The notes under the pieces were generated by a model. That model saw only the letters and a list, made by a program, of their open reading frames with translations, searched no databases and had not been told where the DNA came from. Shown one piece after another: positions 11,101 to 16,585 of a DNA stretch of 64,000 nucleotides. The translations under genes were made by a program, and so were the position numbers. The stretch's first letter is position 1, and every line of letters starts with the position of its first letter. The stretch spans positions 10,900 to 74,899 of the forward strand of contig CAZSOZ010000003.1 of assembly GCA_964608675.1 (NCBI GenBank). The letters are read 5' to 3'. This DNA is from an uncultured archaeon (lineage in GTDB: Archaea > Iainarchaeota > Iainarchaeia > Iainarchaeales > 1-14-0-10-31-34).

Positions 11101-12596
11101 TTGTTTTGTGATTTTATTTCAAGGGATTGTGTTCCCTGAAGCAAATCTTTTACTGCTTTAACTGTTATTTCTGCATCTCTAGGTACAGTTAAAGTGAATT
11201 TTCCGTTTTCGTTTGTTTTTTTTGCTTCGATTCCAAGAGGAACAAAAAATGCTTCATTTGAATCTCTTTTAGTAAAATAAAGTGTTGCGTTTGCAACAGG
11301 TTTTTCATTAAAGTCAACTACTATTATTGCTAATTCTCCTGAATTTTTTGCTGTTGCTTTAGTTAATTGAATTATTTCTGTTTCTTTTTCTATTTTTTTT
11401 GTTTCCGGAAGATATCCTTCTTTTTCTGCTCCTAAATAATATTCTTCTTCTTTTTCAAGTCCTTTGAATTCAGTTAACCCTTCATACAAAGTCGTGCTGG
11501 AATTAATTATTTTTTTTTCTGAATCAAACAAAGTTATTTTTGCACCAACTGCAGGATTTTGTGTTTCAGCATAAACTGCTTTTATTTTGATTTCTTTTCC
11601 GCCTTTTTCTAATTCTACTGCGCCTAAATTTTCTTCTTCGCTTCTTAAAGTAAATTCATTTGATTCAAATAATTTGTAGCCTTCTTTTTCTGCCGTAAAT
11701 CTTACTGCAATTCCTTTCGGAAAATTTTCAGAATAAACTCCTTCTGAAATAATTTTTTCGTCTATTAAGTCATTGCTTTCTGCGTCATAAACTTTTATTT
11801 TTGCGTTTTCAATTAATTCTCCTGTTTCTTTGTCAAACAAAGTTATAATCAGATTGCTTTCTCCTTCAAATGCCAGTTCTTTTGGGTTAAGGTAAATTGA
11901 TTTTGTTTCTTCTGATTCAAATGAAATTACTCCTGTGTGTTCATAATACGAGTCTGCTTCTGCTGTAATATATATGTCTTCTTCTAATGGCACATCCAAA
12001 AATTCAATTAATCCTTCTGAATTTGATACTGCGTCTTTTATTATTCCTTTCCATTCAATTGATGCTCTTACATTTGAAACAGGGGTTTCTGTTTCATAAT
12101 CATAAAATTTTATTTTTGCTTTAATTGTATTAATTATTTTTTTTAAATTTAATTCTGCTGTTTCTTTTTTGTTGATTACTTTTATTTTTGTTTCATCTGA
12201 TTCAAATCCCTGTTTTTGTGCAGTTATTGTGAGTTCTGCTCCTCCTTCTACCTTTACTTCAATCAGGTCTCCATTGTTTTTTATTCCTTTAAATATTTCT
12301 TTTTCTGTTGAATCAACTATTTTTATATTCACCTGGCTTAATCCTTTTCCGTATGAATCCACTAAATTTAATTCAATTTGCGCATCAAAGTTTGCTCCAA
12401 TTACTCCAAAGCCGAACACAACAAACAATAAAACTGCAATTAATGCAATGCTTAAAGGAAAAAAGGGAATTCCTTTTTCTTCTATTGGATCGATTAATGT
12501 ATAAACAGGAAGCCCTTTTTCTTCAAGAAAATCAAAGACTGAATAAAACTTGTCTTCTATTTCTGTGTATATTTTTCCTAATGTTTCTGAAATCAC
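5151..12596 (-). CDS. Giant (2481 aa) membrane-anchored surface protein with tandem beta-sandwich (Big/CarboxypepD_reg-like) repeats, a Cys-rich module and C-terminal Gly-zipper hydrophobic segments
   Basis: Single uninterrupted ORF. The N-terminus is a roughly 45-aa hydrophilic module followed by a TM segment (FFPLSIALIAVLLFVVFGFGVIGA). Many repeats follow, of roughly 80-100 aa each with alternating hydrophobic/polar beta-strand patterns. Late in the protein there are Gly-rich hydrophobic stretches (GYGIGSIAGFAITAAATGGTLGAGMIA and GGTMAGGIAGWMLANALMG). Confidence 0.8.
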   Translation of the reverse strand: MISETLGKIYTEIEDKFYSVFDFLEEKGLPVYTLIDPIEEKGIPFFPLSIALIAVLLFVVFGFGVIGANFDAQIELNLVDSYGKGLSQVNIKIVDSTEKEIFKGIKNNGDLIEVKVEGGAELTITAQKQGFESDETKIKVINKKETAELNLKKIINTIKAKIKFYDYETETPVSNVRASIEWKGIIKDAVSNSEGLIEFLDVPLEEDIYITAEADSYYEHTGVISFESEETKSIYLNPKELAFEGESNLIITLFDKETGELIENAKIKVYDAESNDLIDEKIISEGVYSENFPKGIAVRFTAEKEGYKLFESNEFTLRSEEENLGAVELEKGGKEIKIKAVYAETQNPAVGAKITLFDSEKKIINSSTTLYEGLTEFKGLEKEEEYYLGAEKEGYLPETKKIEKETEIIQLTKATAKNSGELAIIVVDFNEKPVANATLYFTKRDSNEAFFVPLGIEAKKTNENGKFTLTVPRDAEITVKAVKDLLQGTQSLEIKSQNNNNMIIKLEKKDSVKSIKFFDAQGKITKGTLIIKNQAGEILFDGEIEEEILFEAGESNFVEFELTKEDGTKYSEEINLEGKTEIEVDLDARKYTEKTPNIEFLGAYDIAGNEVEGITKGKDYILKFKTEWSKGLESGGIHFRTGIDSIKYADSEDIGITGFDAPTNKYFYGRSFTPNPSPGYQEIDYSNSGQGGKLNKFIELYFNEPEGTKIIKVRIKARELISHQTIRMQFRAWSYADGYYYRNPFDEVLEKEKTTEEKQALYADTKEIEIKVYDSEPECMEEACIEYVLKDEDERVYDKKDFFAVKGKVYALEMNAEARLSVETTFRITTSKENPKIGFTGKEVNSFSQFIDNNKSDTSIEFKEIISREGTKIRVYFKAKKTGESSIKSIALTPKDSMTENFYFKVFEEQKMEIQAPETARKGQDFEINVKDNQGKGIENAEIEFYNIKGRLEKTITGNELNGRNGKYRIENNLEAGNYLIKIKADKFKTKEKELQIEFGEGLEIESEAEINIPSGDLFTSKRIQIKNLTEKTIEGITAEIIPSGNFPKQFKLSVNPPAVLSAKEENQTEIILEYSGTNTAVFHGEAEIIITGFIEGIPIKTKTKIKANYNQKLKEDCLEFDKTELKEYLIGAGGNSKELELGLKNNCNQALQFELEVHPKNHSDKEIEFSSGTIKIAKDEVKTIKIGVINKIQRNYARQNELDYDLFLASRQLTKSIPARIILWHEMFALEASPSVVLWLTQSKQKEKATAVHPLYIRNTGLADITNLTFATEFNKPANTKITVSYGYSEGRNVPELRRGMALIPPAVIQAETNTSENQRITGKIIVSGTINGRQYALREINVFVNVSAGWSCLEAWSDDMLFNSPNAEFGSIDKSLNIVNNCVEPVRIIGIEPEKIGGNNITLIDSGYTLPPGTKDEFILRLTKESEANQKIKIKVIGIGEKSMPAKTIHSMPFEIEIAIGKGSGECGNENEPCKWENETTLDYCDKPETTAVYFPKQSENCGQGYCDAQQLGRFLAEKIEEELRKAQLRISDVKSVENLGAKCNLIEDYCSFGAMGITTESFEFYFKNDNLTTSMLESEIKKLGAKEIQSLYIRHGETEQELYSTAGKSFGEHLLLLPSIRGCGRYQAKFIGAVAVNGNEIRKDSVSLLLKIEGSREETPECYNRIQNFMNFLPVNEDYSPSRRNGSWLGLIIRNPEIEELQKSFSKTLFKDNQGARVTQNQENNLIRVSKGSFDQTKGIVKIEIERSGASNTPKQIDVYITDKYFNSSEEIQNDIAGEAGLIISNLKNGKIEQGCISSEMDYLILGSVKNISEIANLKWIETENFVNLYPNAENCVDLKMSSKLNAPEAELSLDFVNENLQGIQKNETVFKYSDGREITNKGETEFNLNNVEWKEAGTNYEFEFKLCFTGSENPRLAKNSKLKLNVTGLKEKTLQFGVCSISPIEFIERSKEISKPGNYYATIDWKGEPNKIPFEVLMNAYYLKHPKESPSAQRQSQINERKAWGLVGYGIGSIAGFAITAAATGGTLGAGMIAKEMLFGTAPAIGIAAFSSGKEVKEITENSFKTGLKSIGIDAGELEEVQKGTGLSNDEFFRETVKLHAINQGAKETIKNVLPLSEEAKKAKETADALASIGDKELIDEFSLIKKDISGYNGAKKTLTKTEITKIGTYADTAKPIKVPGFRKTIDVAGKRFIEIKVPITGSKRILIEGITDPNYTGFDSAYDELIKAIGKTRVQGRGINAQMFVDETFRNTVGGLGSGRNPSFIIDGIAGDAETGLIKRIEDWGAKVDAKANPATPEGKKLLEMKNKFVDKTVDDISQAKKTIKAPSGASQKAITKQLGQEQAVSKQTKLEAFSAKNPKWSRLAKGLLRSGGTMAGGIAGWMLANALMGDYDKINEPEAELNAIEFEKGKTYKVKIKAGYNTGKPIYTYSEVASENLANIKNSERLDSDSCESEPEMLSQELIEIYQKAIKEKNE

Positions 12597-12688
12597 GTTC
12601 TGCCTCTAAAAACCTTTAATAGTTATGAATAATTAGTTTTTAATAGTATTTAAATCTAGCGCGGTTCTTTAATAAAAACCAAAAAAAC

Positions 12689-13282
12689 TTATATTTTGTT
12701 TTTAATGCTTTCAGGAATTCCTTTGACTGACAAATAATACCATGCAAAATAGTATCCTGCAATCAACACAAACAATGAAATCCTGAACAATAAATCGTGT
12801 GCTAATTCAATTGTCTGCAAATCTGTTTTTTTAATCAAAAAAACAGTAATAATTATTCTTGCAGTATTAAACAAAAAGGTTGTAATGCCTGCTCCGATTA
12901 CCCCGATTGCTTTTTTTTCTTTTGTTATTTCTCCTGTTGCAATTACTGCTGAAGCCAGCACAATGAATTCCATTAATCCAGTGCATAAATAACTAATTTG
13001 AATTGAATAATTTTCAAACAAAATTAAAACAGGTTCCTGAAAAACAATTTTTCCTCCGGTAAAAACTGCAACTGCTTTTGCAGTAATTAATTCAATCCAT
13101 TCCAAAGGAATAAATGAAATCAAAAAAGAAAGAAAAACATAAAAGAAAACCAGAATTAAAACAAACTTTCCTACCTGAACTATTTTTTTGTCCATTAAAT
13201 TTAATTTAATCAGCAAAGTATTAAATATTCTTTTTTTTATAATTTTTTGCATGGCTGGAGTAATTGATTCATTTGCATTCAT
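12689..13282 (-). CDS. Putative exosortase/archaeosortase-family polytopic membrane protein (short form)
   Basis: 197 aa with multiple TM segments. It has a Cys inside a TM-flanked motif (ISYLCTGLMEF) and a downstream FNTARIIITVFL (Asn..Arg) motif. These resemble the conserved Cys/Arg/Asn core of the exosortase/archaeosortase family. This is a motif-level resemblance only. The true start may be an internal Met, because the ORF as listed overlaps the divergent gene by about 95 bp. Confidence 0.45.
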   Translation of the reverse strand: MNANESITPAMQKIIKKRIFNTLLIKLNLMDKKIVQVGKFVLILVFFYVFLSFLISFIPLEWIELITAKAVAVFTGGKIVFQEPVLILFENYSIQISYLCTGLMEFIVLASAVIATGEITKEKKAIGVIGAGITTFLFNTARIIITVFLIKKTDLQTIELAHDLLFRISLFVLIAGYYFAWYYLSVKGIPESIKNKI

Positions 13283-14246
13283 TCTAAAAAAAAGCTTTGA
13301 CTTAAAGTTATGGCTTTATTTTCTGCTTATTTTAATTATTGCAGTTGTTTCTTTTGGAATACTCTTTTTTGTTTTTCTTTTTATTGGATTTCTTTTATTT
13401 TTAATTCTGCAGTTTTCGCTTGCAGGATTTTTGTTTTATTTTATTTTTTTTATTTTGTTTTTGGTTTCAATGTTTGCTTTGGGTTCAGCGGTAAATGGAG
13501 TTTTATTGAATTTTGCAAGAGATTACATTCATTCAGGCAAAATCGATTTAGGGCTGGCTTTCAATAAAACTAAACCAAGAATTTTCACTGCAGTTAAAGT
13601 TGAGGTAATTGTCGGAATTTTCTTTTTTGCAGTTTTTTTATTATTTTTTCTTCCGTTTATTTTTTCTTTAATTGAATTAATTAATACTGCTTCTCTTAGA
13701 TTTCTGATTGCGCCTAATTCATCTCAAATGCTTTCCCTGTTTTTTTCTGTTTTAGGTTCTCTTTTGCTGGGTTTTCTTTTGTATGGAATTTTCAGCATTA
13801 TTGTTGCTCCGTTCAGCATTCTTTACAGGCAGATTCCTTTTTTTGAATCCCTTTCAGCGGTTGATTCAATTAAAAGAGCAGTTTTTCTTGCAAGAAAAAA
13901 TTATTTTTCTAATTTAGGTTTTGCGGTTCTGGCTTTCATTATTACAGGTGTTTTTACTTTTGTTTACATGATTTTTTCTTTTGTTTTAGCTTTAACTAAT
14001 GCAAGTCAGATTATATTTCTGATAATACTTGCAATTTTTTTAAGAATAATTTTAGAGTTTGCTTTTGTTTTGTGGACTACGGTTTTTAATTATCTGGTTT
14101 ATGTTAAAGTTTATGAATTCAATTCAACTGAACAAAAATTTTTTCAGCCGAAAACTTTTCTAAAAACAAAACCTAAAACAAAATCAAAATCATTAAAGCC
14201 AAAGCCTTCAACAAAAACCAGAGTCAAGCCCGGCACAAAAAAATAA
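13188..14246 (+). CDS. Polytopic membrane protein with a Lys/Pro-rich C-terminal tail, function unknown
   Basis: 352-aa ORF with about 8 hydrophobic segments and a tail KTKPKTKSKSLKPKPSTKTRVKPGTKK. It is the first gene of the plus-strand pilus operon. The start is uncertain (Met22 at 13251 is possible). Confidence 0.5.
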   Translation: MSIKFNLISKVLNILFFIIFCMAGVIDSFAFILKKSFDLKLWLYFLLILIIAVVSFGILFFVFLFIGFLLFLILQFSLAGFLFYFIFFILFLVSMFALGSAVNGVLLNFARDYIHSGKIDLGLAFNKTKPRIFTAVKVEVIVGIFFFAVFLLFFLPFIFSLIELINTASLRFLIAPNSSQMLSLFFSVLGSLLLGFLLYGIFSIIVAPFSILYRQIPFFESLSAVDSIKRAVFLARKNYFSNLGFAVLAFIITGVFTFVYMIFSFVLALTNASQIIFLIILAIFLRIILEFAFVLWTTVFNYLVYVKVYEFNSTEQKFFQPKTFLKTKPKTKSKSLKPKPSTKTRVKPGTKK

Positions 14247-14305
14247 ATCCTTTTTTTTTAAAGAAAAGACTTTAATATAACTTTCACCTATTTTTTTAGG
14301 TTTAA

Positions 14306-16585
14306 ATGAAGATTGGAAACTTTGAAGTAGGAGATTATGCTGTTAAGGAATCAGGCGGAAAACGTCATTTAATTTTTGACTGCAGAAACTGCGTTTATTC
14401 TTCTTCTTTGACTGATGATAAAGCATGCCGTTATCATGTTATTTCTATTTTATCTCAGATTGAAGCAGACTTAATTGTTTTGGCTGAAGTTTATGAAAGA
14501 GTTTATAACCAGCATCAAACTAAATTGCTTAAAGAGATTGCAGAACTTATCCCGCGATTTGAATTAGAAAACTTGTGGGGTGTTGAAAATTTAGGTGAAT
14601 CCGGAACCGAATGCGAAAAATTGTTTGGATTAAGGCATGATCTTTTAGTAAAAATTTCGCATGACTTAATTGCATTTGATCCAATACTTTCTTACATTAC
14701 TTTGCTTTCCGAAATACAAAAAGAAAAACAAAAAATGAAAAACGAGAATTATGCTTCCTGTTCCAAACCATTCATTCAAACTTTATTGTATTTAAAACAG
14801 GAATTCGAAAAAACTGAATTGATTTCAAAAGCAAAACAAATTATTGCAAAATTAGAGGAAATGCCTGACACAAAACAATTATATTACTCTTTTTTTGAAG
14901 CTCAAGTCAAGCCTTCTTTTATTGGTTCAAGATTAATGTTTGAAAAAGCAGAAACACTTGAATTATTGGATGAATATTCTGTTAAAAAATCCAACGTGCA
15001 AATTTTTAAGCATCCGAACAAAGTTGAAAAACTTTATTTTTTGAATCCGCCTGAATATACTTTGCCTCCGGAAAAATATTTTGTGTTAAGCAAAACAAAA
15101 GAAATTGTTGCCACTTATCAGCCCGGCAAAACTTCTTTGTCAACTATTGCCAAAAGCAGAAAATATTTTGAAAGAGTTTATGAATCAACTATTTTTGATA
15201 TTGCAAAACAAAACAATATTTCTTTGTCTAAAGAAGAAGTAAAAGAATTAAGTGAAATTGTTGCAAGATATACTGTTGGTTACGGAATCCTTGAAATTTT
15301 GTTGAGCGACAGAAATCTTACAGATATTTATTTGGATTCTCCGATAGGACAAAAACCTTTGTATGTTGTTCACTCTGAATACGGCCAATGCCAAACCAAC
15401 ATTTTGTATACAGAAGATGAAGCTGAATCAATGGTTTCAAAATTAAGGGCTATGTCAGGCAGACCGTTTGATGAAGCGCATCCTGTTTTGGATTACGATT
15501 TGCAGGAACTGGAAACAAGAACTGCTGTAATTGGAAAACCTTTGGCTCCTGATGGAATTGCTTTTGCTTTTCGTTTGCATAAAATGACCCCATGGACTCT
15601 TCCTCAGTTTATTGACAAAAAATTTATTTCTCCTTTGGGAGCAGGCCTTTTGTCTTTTTTTATTGACACTCAGTCAACTATGCTTGTAACTGGTTCTCGT
15701 GGTTCTGGAAAAACTTCTTTGCTTGGAGCATTAATTCTTGAAATTTTGCAGAATGCAAGAATTATTGTTCAGGAAGACACTTTGGAAATTCCTGTTTCTT
15801 ACATGAAGGAAATAGGCTTTAATATTCAGAGAATGAAAACAAGGGCTCCAATTGGTACAGCTAAAAGCGAAACAGAAGTTTCTCCTGAAGATGCTTTAAG
15901 AACTGCGTTAAGGCTTGGTGATTCTGCTTTGGTTTTAGGTGAAGTTCGTTCAACTGAAGCAAGAGTTTTGTATGAAGCAATGCGTGTTGGTGCAGCAGGA
16001 AACATTGTTTTGGGAACAATTCATGGTGATTCAGCTTACAGTGTATGGGACAGAGTTGTAAATGACTTGAATGTTCCAAGCACTTCTTTTAAGGCAACTG
16101 ATATAGTTGTTGTTGCCCGTCCAATTCGTTTTGGGGGCTCTCTGGAAAGGCAGAGAAGAGTAGTTCAATTAACTGAAATAAAAAAGGAATGGATTGAAGA
16201 CCCTTTGCATGAAGGAGGCCTGCTTGATTTAATGCTTTTTGATGCATCAAAAAACAAGCTTGAATTACAGGAAGACAATTTAAAGGAATCAACTTTGTTT
16301 GATAGAATCCATAAAACTTATGGTTTGAGTATGACTGAAATGTGGGATTCAATTAAAATGAATTCAAATTCCAAGGCTTTTATGGTTGAATTAAAAAACA
16401 AACTGGGTTTCCCTGAATTGCTTGAAGCAGAAAACACTGTTCCTGCAGTCAACAAATTAATGTTAATGAAACAAAACCAGCTTGAAGAAAACGGTTCAGT
16501 TGACTTTGAAGAAGTTTTAGGCAAATGGAAATTCTGGTATAAAAATGATTTCGTTAAAAGACTGCATTCAAGAAGGAAAAAATAA
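14306..16585 (+). CDS. FlaI/GspE/VirB11-family secretion ATPase (type IV filament assembly ATPase) with a roughly 350-aa N-terminal extension
   Basis: Walker A is LVTGSRGSGKTSLLGALI, the Asp box/Walker B is IIVQED and GEVRSTEA matches the GEIRG-like motif. The N-terminal extension carries a Cys cluster, CRNCVYSS..DKACRYH. An ATG start follows an AGG Shine-Dalgarno. Confidence 0.85.
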   Translation: MKIGNFEVGDYAVKESGGKRHLIFDCRNCVYSSSLTDDKACRYHVISILSQIEADLIVLAEVYERVYNQHQTKLLKEIAELIPRFELENLWGVENLGESGTECEKLFGLRHDLLVKISHDLIAFDPILSYITLLSEIQKEKQKMKNENYASCSKPFIQTLLYLKQEFEKTELISKAKQIIAKLEEMPDTKQLYYSFFEAQVKPSFIGSRLMFEKAETLELLDEYSVKKSNVQIFKHPNKVEKLYFLNPPEYTLPPEKYFVLSKTKEIVATYQPGKTSLSTIAKSRKYFERVYESTIFDIAKQNNISLSKEEVKELSEIVARYTVGYGILEILLSDRNLTDIYLDSPIGQKPLYVVHSEYGQCQTNILYTEDEAESMVSKLRAMSGRPFDEAHPVLDYDLQELETRTAVIGKPLAPDGIAFAFRLHKMTPWTLPQFIDKKFISPLGAGLLSFFIDTQSTMLVTGSRGSGKTSLLGALILEILQNARIIVQEDTLEIPVSYMKEIGFNIQRMKTRAPIGTAKSETEVSPEDALRTALRLGDSALVLGEVRSTEARVLYEAMRVGAAGNIVLGTIHGDSAYSVWDRVVNDLNVPSTSFKATDIVVVARPIRFGGSLERQRRVVQLTEIKKEWIEDPLHEGGLLDLMLFDASKNKLELQEDNLKESTLFDRIHKTYGLSMTEMWDSIKMNSNSKAFMVELKNKLGFPELLEAENTVPAVNKLMLMKQNQLEENGSVDFEEVLGKWKFWYKNDFVKRLHSRRKK

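Noticed and set aside
41-12619. Numerous 60-150-aa plus-strand ORFs inside the giant minus-strand genes (for example 482..754, 4039..4413, 7904..8338, 10787..11005, 12308..12619)
   Set aside because: They lie antisense to long, repeat-structured coding sequence. Their F/L/S-rich low-complexity composition is typical of antisense frames of AT-rich genes. They are not independent genes.
12689-14246. Roughly 95-bp overlap between the divergent ORFs 12689..13282 (-) and 13188..14246 (+)
   Set aside because: This is probably a start-codon artefact. Internal Met starts are possible for the minus gene (Met30, giving an end near 13195) and for the plus gene (Met22, giving a start at 13251). Using them removes the overlap and leaves a plausible roughly 55-bp divergent promoter region. 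It is not a genuine overlapping-gene feature.
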